From Eledone cirrhosa (lineage: Eukaryota): a DNA stretch of 64,000 nt. A model generated the notes under the pieces. That model saw only the letters and a list, made by a program, of their open reading frames with translations. It made no database searches and was not told the DNA's origin. The DNA is taken from the NCBI GenBank assembly GCA_964016885.1, contig OZ024744.1, positions 118,854,001 through 118,918,000 of the forward strand, read 5' to 3'. Of the stretch, positions 1 to 11,774 are shown piece after piece; position 1 is the first letter of the stretch; each line of letters begins with the position of its first letter. The position numbers and the translations under genes were made by a program.

Positions 1-625
1 GTGTGTTAGCTAGGATTAGAACAGACTAGATGTTTAGAGAGCTGATACCTCTGTGGAGGAGGACAGTGTGATAGTGTGATAGCCAGGATTGGAAGAGACT
101 GGAAGAAGTTTAGAGAGCTGATACCTCTGTGGAGGGAGCTAGTGTTATATTATGATAGTTAGGATTAGAAGAGACTGGAAGTTTAGAGTGCTAATACCTC
201 TGTGTGGGTGGGGATAGTGTCATAGCCAGGATTAGAACAGTCTGGAATAAGTTTAGGGAGTTGATACTTCTGTGGAGGGTGATAGTGTGATAGCCAGGAT
301 TAGAACAGGCTGGAAGAAGTTTAGAGAGCTGATACCTCTGTGTAGGAGGATAGTCTGATAGTGTGATAGCCAAGATTAGAACAGACTAGAAGTTTAGAGA
401 GCTGATACCTCTCTGGAGGCGGACAGACTGATAGTGTGATAGCCAGGATTAGAAGAGACTGGAAGAAGTTTAGAGAGTTGCTACATCTGTTGAGGAGGAT
501 AGTCTGATAGTGTGAAAACCAGGATCAGAAGAGACTGGAAGTTTAGAGAGCTTATGCTTCTGTGGAGGGTGATAGTGTGATAGCCAGGATTAGAACAGAC
601 TGGAAGTTTAGAGAGCTGATACCTC
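1..625 (+). repeat. ~72-bp tandem repeat derived from RTE LINE coding sequence
   Basis: About 9 diverged copies of gatagtgtgatagccaggattagaacagactggaagaagtttagagagctgatacctctg (= DSVIARIRTxWKKFRELIPL); the last copy runs into single-copy RTE sequence. Confidence 0.85.
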
Positions 626-1063
626 TGCTGACAACAAAGATCTCCTTTCTCAGACTGTATGATGCCTGAGTGCAATGTTACATGGCAGTGAAACATGGGT
701 CTTGACTGTAGACCTTAGAGGGGTGGAAAGAAGGCGAATTGGATATACTCCAATAGATGTGTAATGTTAATGACACAGCATAATGAGGTGAGAGAAACTG
801 TTGGTATAAGAGGATGTAATGTGCAAGAGAGAAGACTGCTCTGGTATAGACATGTGAGGTATATGGCGGATAGCATAAAGAAATGGAGAACAATCCCAGT
901 AGCTGGGACTGATGGAAGAGGTAGATCCAGGAAGATATGGGATGAGGTTGTGAAGAGCAACCTTAAGAAACTAAGCCTCACAACTGAGATTACAAAGGAT
1001 GATGAGGGCTGGAGCCATGTTGTGATGATGAAAACCTGGCCAACAGCCTATATTGTGACCTGA
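626..1063 (+). mobile_element. RTE LINE 3' fragment, degraded
   Basis: LYDA..MLHGSETW and VQERRLLWYRHV..GRGRSRKIW motifs match the RTE C-terminus at 25980-26428. Confidence 0.85.
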
Positions 1064-1164
1064 CCCATCTATAAACCCCTCATGACGCTTACATGACCAC
1101 TTTACAGTGTGTACTGGGTGGGTACTTTCTGTTGTGACACCTACATGACCACTTTACAGTGATA

Positions 1165-1994
1165 GCTTACCTGTGATCCTACTACATCTTTTATGTACCC
1201 ATAGTTTACATTTGGGACATAGAACAGAATTTCTACTTACTCCTTTCCTACTTACTGATCAAGACCATTTCCCAGAGGGCACCTGTGCCCTATTTTCCTT
1301 TCTGCATATGAGAACCTTAGTTTTAGACAAGTTCACTTTAAGAACTTTTGATTCTAGGCCATGTTTCCATGTTTGGAATTTCTTCTCTAGTTCTGCCATA
1401 CATTCAGTTATGAGAATTAGATCATCTGCGTATAGGAGTTCCCATGGGCAGCCGTTCTTAAACTCTTTTGTTATAGCCTGTAAGGCAATAATAAACAGGA
1501 TGGGGCTAAGGACGGAGCCTTGATGAACACTGACTTTTACGCTAAATTCTTCACTGTATTCATTGTTAATTTTAACCTTGCTGACTATTTCTTTATGCAT
1601 GGGTTGTATAGCTCTCACAAGCCATTCATCAAAAAGTACCACGGATGCTCTTTTCCTTGTACGACAACTACAGAAGTACCTAGCTAAAAGTAAACCCCTA
1701 TACTTAGCTTTTGTTGACCTGGAGAAAGCCTTTGACAGAGTCCCCCGCGCCATAACCTGGTGGGCTCTTAGAAAACTAGGATACCCTAGTTTTCTAAGAG
1801 CCCACCAGGTTATGGCGCGGGGGACTCTGTCAAAGGCTTTCTCCAGGTCAACAAAAGCTAAGTATAGGGGTTTACTTTTAGCTAGGTACTTCTGTAGTTG
1901 TCGTACAAGGAAAAGAGCATCCGTGGTACTTTTACCTGACACAAATCCAAAATGCATTTCATTAAGGGTAATTCAGTGACCTTCATAACCTGGT

Positions 1995-1996
<2 letters not shown>
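1165..1996 (-). mobile_element. RTE LINE (family B) RT fragment containing an internal inverted duplication
   Basis: ORF 1259..1957: FGFVSGKSTTDA, FVDLEKAFDRV, HQGSVLSP, YADD; closely similar to 13270-13980. Confidence 0.9.
1632..1933. repeat. Perfect palindrome, 149-bp arms with a 4-nt spacer
   Basis: 1632-1780 is the reverse complement of 1785-1933 (spacer ATAC); the same peptide appears in ORFs on both strands. Confidence 0.95.
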
Positions 1997-2080
<84 letters not shown>

Positions 2081-2087
2081 TGTGTGT
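1997..2087. repeat. (CA)n microsatellite
   Basis: Visible dinucleotide run followed by a short (GT)n. Confidence 0.95.
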
Positions 2088-2099
2088 TAAAAGTAAACA

Positions 2100-3280
2100 G
2101 AAATAACACAAGTATATGGAAGGGATATATTAGGTTAACGCTTGATATAGCAGGAAGAGGGTCTTAACGTTTCGGACGCTAGTCCTTCATCAGAAGAAAG
2201 AATGAGAAATATGACAGATTGAGGGGACGGGTGGTTTGGAATTGGAAAAAATGTCTTTAGATAAAAATAACGGGTCCATTCATGTTGACATCTCTTGCAA
2301 AACTGTTGGTGCTGACGTTTTGTGTATGATTTATTTTTTAGAAAAGTTGATGATGGAGCGCGTCTACCTGAAATGGAAATAAAACGTTTTGTAAAAAGCG
2401 CTATACTTGTGCACGTGCGTAATCATGTGTGTGTATGTTATATGTCTGTACGAAGCTAAGAAGAAATGTGTGTATATGTGAGTAAAAGTATGTTAATATA
2501 AGGGTGTGTGTGTATAGAGAGCAGTGAAGGGAAAAGTGGAGTGAGCATATATAGTCGGCCTGTATTAGTTTGAAGAGAAGACATTAATGATCAAGAGAAA
2601 GTGATAGGAATCTAGGGGTGTGATAATGGACGGGGTATTAGAGAAATTGGGGAGGGGAGTTGAGTCCAAGAGGAAAATAGGACCCAAGGCGGTGAATCAG
2701 ACTTTGTTCAGTCCTGGTGCGCAAGGCCTATGATCCATGAAGTAAAAGGACACCCAGGAGTGACTCATGTAGGGAAGAATGACCAGGAGAACAGAAATGA
2801 CGGGCGACAGGAGTATCCAAACTGAGTCGTATGTCCCTCAAATGTTCTGCAAAACGGTCCGCCATATGGCGTCCCGTTTGTCCGATATATAAAGACCCGC
2901 AAAGGGAACACCGGAGGTGGATGTGGGTGGATGTGCAGGTGAAAGAATGGCGGATACGGAAAGACCCGTTAGGGCCTGTAAGAGTGGTGAGTGTGGAAAT
3001 AAAGGGACAAGTGTTGCAGCGGGAACGTGAACAAGGATGGGAGTTGTGTGAGAGGACGAGAAGGAACTACGAACCACAAGGTCACGGAGGTTGCGAACAC
3101 GCTTAAAAGCAGCGAGAAGTGATGGGATAAGAAAAGAGGATGCGGAAGGAACGGAGGATATGTCGCCGGAGTGATGGTGTGGTAGGTGAGAGGGAAAGGA
3201 ACGCGAAGGGTGAGGTATGAGGGCTGAGGTGCGGTCTGTTTCACGGATGCAGGTGAGAGCAGCTGCGATCAGGGTGGGGG
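2100..3280 (-). mobile_element. Penelope-like element, 3' part (GIY-YIG endonuclease plus pseudo-LTR), degraded
   Basis: Minus-strand translation HSFTCTSTHIHLRCSLCGSLYIGQTGRHMADRFAEHLRDI...PVARHF...EQSLIHRLG...GLN; hammerhead motif downstream. Confidence 0.85.
2162..2197 (-). ncRNA. Minimal type I hammerhead ribozyme (Penelope-type)
   Basis: Minus strand UCUU-CUGAUGA-A-GGAC-UAGC-GUCC-GAA-ACGU-U-AAGA: stem I UCUU/AAGA, stem II GGAC/GUCC, palindromic stem III ACGU, GUU cleavage triplet. Confidence 0.8.
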
Positions 3281-3289
3281 TATATCCAC

Positions 3290-3490
3290 ATATATATGGA
3301 TCATTCTATCTGGCTTTCAAAAATATGGGATGGTGTGAAAACTTTGAGCAAAACAGTAAATATTAAGAGAAATTTAAGAAAAAAACAGTCACTAAGGGAA
3401 CATGAAATTAATGGAACTTTTTCTACTTGTGCAGTTTGTGGCAGATTCTGTCTGTCAAAGACTGGACTTCACTCTCACTTATGAACACTC
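3290..3490 (+). mobile_element. RTE/BovB-like LINE C-terminal fragment with C2H2-like zinc finger
   Basis: CAVCGRFCLSKTGLHSH motif typical of RTE-BovB C-termini. Confidence 0.55.
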
Positions 3491-3768
3491 AACAAGGTAC
3501 TCCCTACTGACTATAGAATATACAAGCCAGTTTATCTTTATCAATGTCACATATGCTATAGGATCTGCAAATTTCAAGGAGGTCTAAAGAGACAGTTCAA
3601 GATTCTTCAAGATACACAAGCAGTCCAAGCTGCACCAAAACTAATATGCAATTTATGTGCATAGGTTTTTAAAAGTATCTCTGGTCTAAAAATCCACATA
3701 AGATCTCATGCCAGAACTGAGCATCATAAACACTGGAGTGATCAAGCTTTGTATTGAGCAGACAGCCA

Positions 3769-3769
<1 letters not shown>

Positions 3770-3828
<59 letters not shown>

Positions 3829-3999
3829 TATATATATATAATATATATATATAATATATATATATAATATATATATATAATATATATATATATAATATAT
3901 ATATATAATATATATATATATAATATATATATATATAATATATATATATAATATATATATATATAATATATATATATATAATATATATATATAATATAT

Positions 4000-4046
<47 letters not shown>

Positions 4047-4104
4047 TATAATATATATATAATATATATATAATATATATATAATATATATATAATATAT
4101 ATAT

Positions 4105-4137
<33 letters not shown>

Positions 4138-4252
4138 ATATATATATAATATATATATAATATATATATAATATATATATAATATATATATAATATATAT
4201 ATAATATATATATATATATAATATATATATAATATATATATATATAATATAT

Positions 4253-4284
<32 letters not shown>

Positions 4285-4348
4285 ATATATATATATATAT
4301 AATATATATATATATATAATATATATATATATATAATATATATATATA
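3770..4348. repeat. Long interrupted (AT)n microsatellite
   Basis: ~580 bp of only A/T, (TA)n punctuated by AA. Confidence 0.95.
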
Positions 4349-4399
4349 ACCCATGCTAGCATGGAAGATGGACGTTAAACGACGATGATGATATAGGGA

Positions 4400-5282
4400 A
4401 GTGAGAGTGAACCTAACTAAGACAAAAGTGTTGATAAATAGAAAAGAGGACAATACTCTGATTCCATCAGGGAAATGGCCATGTTCGATATGTAGAAAAG
4501 GAGTTGCCATAAATTCTATAAAATGTACACAATGCTGATCTTGGGTACACAAGAGATGTAGTGGGATAGCAGACAAACTAACAGGTAGGGAAAAATATGT
4601 ATGCAGTAGATGTACAGGGAAAGTTGGCAGTAGTAATTGCAGTGATAAACACATTTTTCAAATGCAGGTGAGTTCTATAGAAGTGGTTGATAGCTTCCGG
4701 TACCTAGGTGATCAGATTAGCATGGGAGGGGGGTGTTCCGAGGCCATGGTATCTAGAATAAGGACGGGATAGAAGAAGATTAGGGAGCTGCTTCCTCTGT
4801 TGACTAAGAAGGGTTTCTCCCTGCGTACGAAAGGACGGTTATATGATGCCCGTGTGAGATGCGCGATGCTGCATGGTAGTGAGACTTGGGCAGCAACTGC
4901 AGAGGATATGCGATGGCTGGAGAGAAATGAAGCAAACATGCTCGGTTGGATGTGTAATGTCAATGTGCATGAACGACCAAACATAGACGAGTTGAGAGTG
5001 AAACTGTGTATAAGAGGGATAAGCTGTAGTGTGCGGGAGAGAAGACTGAGATGGTATGGACATGTGATGCGCATGGAGGATGACCGCTGGGTAAAGAAGT
5101 GCCAAGAAATGCCAGTAGAAGGAAGACACAGTAGAGGAAGACCATGAAAAGCATGGGCGGAGATGGTGAGAGCAGACCTCAGATCACTGAAGCTCACAGA
5201 GGAGATGACAAAGGACCGTGATGAATGGAGAGATGCTGTGCTGAAGAGGACCTGCAAGGAAAAGCGCATGTAAAATGATGAT
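4400..5282 (+). mobile_element. RTE LINE (family A) 5'-truncated copy
   Basis: Highly similar to 25540-26450, including the PHD segment, YLG motif and TGATGA tail; several stops. Confidence 0.9.
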
Positions 5283-5324
5283 ATATATATATATATCATC
5301 ATTTTATGTCTGCTTTTATATTAT

Positions 5325-6400
5325 CATCATTGTTTTGACGTCTGTTTTTCGATGCGTGCATGGGTTTGACAGGTCCTTTTCAGCACAGCAACTCCCCACT
5401 TGTTACATTCTTTTGCCATCTCTTGTGTGAGTCTCAGTGATTTGGAGTCAGCTCTCACCACCTCTGTCCTGGATTTTCTTAATCTATCTCAACTATGATT
5501 TCATTCCACTGGCATTTCCTGGCACTTTTTCACCCAACAATCATCATCCATACACACCACATGTCCAAACCAATGCAGTCTTCTCTCTTACACACCACCT
5601 CCGATTCCTCTTAAACCCAGCTTCTCCCTCAACTTGTCTCAGCTCTACCTCCTTCTCACATTTACATTACACATCTAACAAAACATAGTTGCTTCATTTC
5701 TCTCCAGTCTACACGTCTTCTGCAGTTACAGCCCATATTTCATTACCATGTAGCACCACATGTCCTCCACAGCTACAACCCATGTTTCACTACCATGTAG
5801 CACCACATGTCCTCCACAGTTACAATCCATGTTTTACTACCATGTAGCACCACATTTCCTCCAAAGTTACAGTCCATGTTTCACTGCCATGTAGCACTAC
5901 ATGACCCCCTGCAGTCACAGTCCATGTTTCACTAGCATGTAGCACCACATGTCCTCAGCAGTCACAGCCTATGTTTCGCTGCCATGTAACACCACATGTC
6001 CTCAGCAGTCACAGCCCATGTTTCGTTGCCATGTAGCATCACATGTCCTCAGCAGTCACAGTCCATGTTTCACTACCATGTAGCACCACATTCCTCAGCA
6101 GTTACAGTCCATGTTTCTCTACCATGTAGCACCACTTGTCATCCACAGTCACAGCCCATGTTTCACTACCATGCAGCATCACTTCACACACAGTCATCAT
6201 ACAGCCTTCCTTTTGTATATAGGGAGAAACCCTTTATTATCAACAGTGGGAGTAGCTCCCTGAACATTTTCCATTATATCCTTATTTTAGCTGTTATGTT
6301 CCCAGAGCACACTCCTCCATTGCTAATTATGTTGCCTAGAGAGCAGAAGCTATCAACCTCTTCTATTGATCCCTTCCTGTGACTTGAAAAGGTTTATATC
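5325..6400 (-). mobile_element. RTE LINE 3' fragment with internal 47-bp tandem expansion
   Basis: Reverse complement of RTE C-terminus and tail. Confidence 0.75.
5725..6178. repeat. 47-bp tandem repeat from RTE coding sequence
   Basis: About 10 copies of catgtttcactaccatgtagcaccacatgtcctc..., reverse complement of LHGSETWAVTAED; period 47 (5747, 5794, 5841, 5888). Confidence 0.85.
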
Positions 6401-6739
6401 ACTGGCACTATTCACCTCGGTTACGAGGAAGGTGTGGAAGATGACCAGTGACTACACCAAAGAACATTGACCTTGTTGTTGAGGTGGTGGTGGAGGTTCA
6501 GCAACTGTCATCTCATCAGATAGCAAACAGGGGCTGACTGAAAAGGTTTGAGGCTCACACAGAAAACAAATGCACATGAAATTTTGTTTGTGAAATCTGT
6601 GAAATGTTCTTACAGTGCTAGCCAGGTTTCATGGTCTAAACATTTTTTCATTTATTTTGACAGATTCTTAAAATTGATGTATCCATGCTAGCGTGGAAAA
6701 TAGATGTTAAACATTGATGATGATGATGTATTCAGGTAT

Positions 6740-7752
6740 TTTATGAAAAATTGAGGAACTCGAGTATAGAGCAGTGCTCAAGTATCTGCAGTTAAAAGAC
6801 AGGACCCCAGCTGACATAAGGACATGCAACGCACATTAGTGGAAGATGCCACAGTCACACTCTGGGTCAATGAATTCATGATACCAAGGAAGGTGTGGAA
6901 GATGACCTAAAGTCTGGGAAGTTATCAACAGTGACCACATCAGAGAACATTGACCTTGTCCTTTGAATGGTGATGGCGGATCAACGACTGTCATTTGGTC
7001 AGATAGCAAACAGGTTAAGCATCTCAGGAGTGAGCCAATGATATTCTTGTCAAACGAACTTGTTTTGAGAAAGGTGTCTACAGAAAAGCAAACTCATTAC
7101 ACCATGTCCTCCAACAATTTGGAACATTTTGAAGCTAATCCGGAAGATTTCCTAGCATGATTTGTAACCATGTACAAGACCTGGGTCCATGACTACCAAC
7201 CTGAAACAAAAGAGGAAGCACCCATCCTCACCCACCCCAAAGAAGGTCAAGGTCACACCATCAGCAGGAAAAGTCATGGCATCCATTTTCTGGGCTACAC
7301 AAGGAGTGTTATCATTGGATTATCTTCAAAAGGATCACACCATCACCGGACAATACTACGCCAACCAGCTTAAACATTTGTGTGAGATCAAGAAGAGGCC
7401 AGGATTGCTGACGAAAGGGGTCTTGTTCCATCATGACAATGCTCCTGCCTACACCTCGGTGGTGGGAATGGCAACAATCCATGACTGTGGGTTCCAACTC
7501 ATCCCTGATCTTCTATATACACCCAACTTCCACCTGTTCCCAAACATGGAGTGGATTTGGATGATGTCATAGATGCTGTGGACCTGGGAGACCAAACTAA
7601 GGATATCTATTTTAGTGGGATCCAGACACTTCAGCACTGGTGGAAGAAGTGTTTGGACTCAAAGAGAGACTATGTTGAAAAATAAAACAAGAAAATATTT
7701 GCATATGTTACGGTTTCTTGGAGGCTCAAAACATTTCAGTCACCCCCTCATA
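6740..7752 (+). mobile_element. Mariner (DD34D) transposon, degraded
   Basis: TWVHDYQPETK, SAGKVMASIFW, DYL...TITGQYY, KKRPG, VLFHHDNAPA motifs; frameshifts; mariner-like terminus ...cacccc(c)tcata. Confidence 0.85.
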
Positions 7753-7960
7753 TCATCACTGTTTAATGTCCATTTATCCATGCTAGCATTGGTTAGATGT
7801 GCTGTCTCGTTGTGAGACAAGTCAGATCAGATAACCATGTCTTGCTCATACAGACTGTTTCTGGCTTGGTTTCTACACCCGGTTGTCCTTCCTAACACCA
7901 ACCACATTTACAATGTGGACTGGGTGTTTTTTTGTGGCACAAAATGACCACTTTATAGTT
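7752..7960 (-). mobile_element. Bipartite RTE-related SINE-like element
   Basis: Reverse complement contains GGTTGGTGTTAGGAAGGACAACC and an RTE-type tail (atgctagcatgga...ggacattaaacagtgatga). Confidence 0.65.
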
Positions 7961-8139
7961 ACTTGCTTATTTCAGAACCTAGCATAGGTCATGGAGACAC
8001 TGTCCACGCTAGTTGTTGCTTAAATATATATATATTATATTATGTGTGGGAACCCCTCAACCATCATCAAGCAATCGCACACTCTAATTCCCTTTCCAGG
8101 TACAAAGAACTACAAAAGGACCAAATCACCGTTACCAGG

Positions 8140-8710
8140 TAACTCATCTCAGGATGGCTAGACTCAATGTGGGCACACTGAAAGGTAGATTAGATTTAAA
8201 TTGCAGAGGAGACAAGTGGATGTATGCTGTCTTCAGGAGGTGAGATGGTGGGGCCATTCTGCAAGACTACTTACAGGCAAACAACATAGATACAAGCTCT
8301 TCTGAGTAGTAAATGAGGATAGGGTAGGAGGTGTAGGCATCTTACTAACTGAAAAAGGGATAGATAAGGTGATGGAAGTAGTTAGAGTGACAGAATAGCT
8401 TAGAATAGATGTAGGGAATAGAATGGTGACAATAACCTCGACCTACAGACCACAGGCAGGACTGAGTAAAGACAGGTTCTATGAGGAACCTTTACAAACA
8501 ACTTCAGTTACTGATGACAGAGACCTCATCATCTGGGCAGGTGACTTTAATAGACATGTGAGGCAGTACCAGGATGGCTACACTGGGGTACAGGGTGGCT
8601 ATGGTTATGGCTCAAGAAATATAGAGGAAATGAGACTCCTGGTATTCTGTGATGTGGATGAACTAACTATTTGTAACACTAACTTCAGGAAACCAGCCAG
8701 CCATTTGATC
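8140..8710 (+). mobile_element. RTE LINE AP-endonuclease fragment
   Basis: LNVGTLKG, LQEVRW, GDFNRHV, NTNFRK motifs, degraded; similar to ORF 23344..24198. Confidence 0.8.
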
Positions 8711-8721
8711 TCAGATAGAGG

Positions 8722-9248
8722 AAGGAGGATTTAATTGAGAAGGAGTAATTATGATAGGATGGGCAGTGTGGGGGTGGAAGAAGGTGCTAAAGGATAGTGG
8801 GTGTAGCCATTTAAATACTTTATATAGTTCCTTGAATGGTGATTGTGCTTGTGTGTATATAAATATATTTATAGCACATGTATATGTGGTTTTAGATGTA
8901 TATATGTAGATATGTTTGTGTGTAGGCTTATAATTGTATACATTTGTATATTCCATCTACCAATCCCACCAACACTTCCATAACCCCCTATACACCCACC
9001 TGCCTTCCACTGACCTGTTAAATTTCTATGGATGCACCCACTACTACCCTTTATCACCTTCCACATATTCCTCCCACTGCCACCACCACACTGCCCATCC
9101 TATCATAATTACCCCTTCTCAATTAAATCCCCCTCTCCCACCGCAAGTCTTCCTGTCTATACTGTCTACCATCAAAATGTTAATTCTTGTCCAATGAGCC
9201 TCTGATAAACAGGAGAAACTCCAGAATAACAAGACTCACTATTTAGCC
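8722..9248 (+). mobile_element. Probable Penelope-associated pseudo-LTR with inverted partial copy
   Basis: 8722-8815 is an inverted copy of ~9020-9135; decayed hammerhead at 9185-9234. Confidence 0.5.
9185..9234 (+). ncRNA. Decayed type I hammerhead ribozyme
   Basis: Stem I UCUUGU/ACAAGA intact; core CCAAUGA (consensus CUGANGA); stem II GCCU..AGGA; GAAA; stem III ACUCCAGAAU (near-palindrome of ACUCCGGAGU). Confidence 0.5.
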
Positions 9249-9252
9249 TTAA

Positions 9253-9452
9253 CCCTTTAGCATTTACATTACTCTATATATACTATTATATTTTCATGGT
9301 AAAGGCTTTACCTCGCATAATTATCTCACATAATATTGAATCTATGAAATTTTGAAAGTATTTATTTTGGGAACAATACCTTAACATCAGAATGAGTGGC
9401 CAGTTTCAACAGAAAGAGGTAGAGAATTTTGGCCGGTTTGAACATTAAAGGG
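9253..9452. mobile_element. piggyBac MITE (200 bp)
   Basis: TTAA|CCCTTTA...TAAAGGG|TTAA; second copy at 30532-30740. Confidence 0.9.
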
Positions 9453-9721
9453 TTAATAAATTATATGTGGTGCTATTAAGTTAGACATGGCCTGGGCTAA
9501 TACTGACCCGAAACCTACCAAAGTTATATATATATATAGTCTAATAATGTGGCATATAAACCCACCAAATAGAAAAAGATAATTTTATTTAGTCAAATAT
9601 TACAGTGAAGCCTATTTCAGGATATATACATAAATGTTAAGACTCTTTTCCTACTTTATCAAACATAACACTAATAATATATTTCTTCATTATTCTGTAT
9701 CATTTGCTTTTTGCATTTATA

Positions 9722-9767
<46 letters not shown>

Positions 9768-9871
9768 TGACGAACCACAGACATTTAGCTAAAAATAGAG
9801 TGTATAAAGCGAGACAATCATAAGTACAACGAATGTTAGAAAAATGACATGATAGAGAAAATTATTTCAGT

Positions 9872-10296
9872 CTCTACTCCCACCATTTTTCCAAGCCTTC
9901 CATGCCAGTCTTTTGTCTCTAATGGCCTTATCTACCGTATTGTTCCATCACCAGTTCACTCTCTGTCTGTTTGGAACTCTGCTCCAACCACAAGTTTCTT
10001 CAGTAGCCTGCAGTAAGTTGTCACATAAGAAATTCCAGTTATCATCTGTATCATACAATTCTAATTTCTCGTCATACACATCTTGAAGGGTTTTCCTAAA
10101 TTTGTATTTTAATAAAAGGTCTTTTAGCTTCCAGACCTTTCTTCTCCACTCTTTCCTGTGTGTCTCATTCTTTCTCTTGCTTACTAAGTTATCACTAATA
10201 ACTAACCTATGCTGTGGGGTACATTCTTCCCCAAGGTATGTCTTAGTATTTGACACCATCTGTCTGTCTCACTGTCTAACTAGCAAGAAGTCAATA
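9872..10296 (-). mobile_element. RTE LINE (family A) internal fragment
   Basis: ORF 9948..10259 matches 24015-24430 (ECTPQHRLV, TCGWSR...W). Confidence 0.9.
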
Positions 10297-10385
10297 TGTA
10301 TATCTGGTCTTTTTCTTTCAGTTAATGAACTCTCCATGTTTGAGTAGGAAGCTGTAATATTGCTGTTTTAATGGTTTGAACAACA

Positions 10386-10499
10386 ATGGGTAACTCACAT
10401 CATAAACTTTTTGATGTGACTTCTCCAGATTCAACTAAAATATCATCAACACCAACAATGATGTTAGACCACAACGTTTGTTTATTGAAGTTTTTTGAG
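10386..10499 (+). CDS. TLDc-domain protein (MEAK7/Rtc5-like), first coding exon: MGNSHHKLFDVTSPDSTKISSTPTMMLDHNVCLLKFFE
   Basis: ATG at 10386 in context caacaATGG; 38 open codons ending at GAG|GTAAGT (phase 0); MGNS resembles the N-myristoylated starts of MEAK7/EAK-7/Rtc5; polypyrimidine acceptor (tttttctttcag) at 10321 implies an upstream non-coding exon. Confidence 0.8.
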
Positions 10500-10589
10500 G
10501 TAAGTTATAAATTAGTAATCTTATTTGATGTTTGCTTCACCAAGTTATAGATGTAAATAAACATTGATGTCTATTGTACAAAATTCAAG

Positions 10590-11600
10590 TGTCTTCTGTG
10601 GTTGTGAAGGGGGAGGATGATGGGCTCTAGGCTTTGGGGGCAGTGGTAGTGAGGCTGCGTATCACGAACAATACCACAAAAGTATTCTTGCAGGCAATGG
10701 TCTGCGGCATCCGCTGCAACAAGCACCCCACCTCGCCTGGTTCCTTCCTCAGATCGTCTGCTGATGTTCCAGAATAGCAGAGGAGCTCAGCAGTGCAGGG
10801 TCCAAGTATGCCTGAGTTCTTGATGGCGACCGGTGTGAAGAGGAAGCGGCTGGACAAACCCTGGTGTTTGTTTATTTTGCTGGGGTCTGTGGCCAAAGTG
10901 ACTAAGTTGGAGGCGGAGAACGTGTTGCAACAAGTGGCGCCCCAGATGAGGGATCTACCTCCTTCAAATGGGAAGAGGGTGATTCCGTCGGGACGCTTGC
11001 TATCTCCGTGGTCTAGGCCTGCTGGCTCCAGTGAGATGGAAAGCCAGCTGCGTCCAGGATCCTTCTCAATATGTCATTGAGAGCAGCGTGTCGGGGGAAC
11101 CGGCCTGCACTCTGGTGGCAAGACAGAGGGTGCAAGCCGAACTTGTCAACAACTGCCCGCAGCAGTATTTATGTGGCTCACACACCTGGAGGCCAAGGAA
11201 TTGGGCCACTCTGATGTCAGTGCACTCATCATCAAGAAGGGTTGATGAGGAGGGCACTGAATTGAACCTTGCGCCAATGTTTGGCTGTGAAGTGGAGGTG
11301 AGGCAATGTTGGTCCAAGCTAGACTCAATCCACCTGAAGGAAGACCTGCATTTGACATCCCAGTTATGTTGGACATTTGTATACTGTCCAGTTGGCCAGA
11401 GCTTGTTCAAGGTCTGGGGCCATATCAGGTTTGGCCGTCTTGCTGAGAACCTCGCTGACGGGAGTGTGCCAGGAAGACTTTGAGGGAAGGTAGGCCAGTA
11501 GAGGTGGAGGTGACCTCGCTGGGATCTTCACCTGTTGCCGGCCGGCATTGGATGGTGACATCGAGTTCACGGAGAAGACTTGTGGTGAGGGTGACAACCA
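10590..11600 (-). mobile_element. R2-group non-LTR retrotransposon with restriction-like endonuclease (CRE-like), degraded and internally deleted
   Basis: Minus strand GARFNSVPSSSTLLDD..RVAQFLGL..CEPH, then [29 protein letters not shown] and FTPVAI..SG motifs. Confidence 0.7.
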
Positions 11601-11774
11601 CGCATCAGCATGTAAGTCAGGTAAAAATATCTCTAAGGAGAGAAATACTCCCTCCTCCTTCTACTTCTTTTTCTTTGTTGTCGCCTCCTCCCCCATCGAC
11701 ACCTCTCCTCTTCCTCAACCCCCCATGATAACCATATGTTGGACATTTCCTTATGGAGTACAAGTCAGTTGTTA

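Noticed and set aside
3686-4654. 322-aa Ile/Tyr ORF
   Set aside because: (AT)n microsatellite translation joined to antisense RTE sequence
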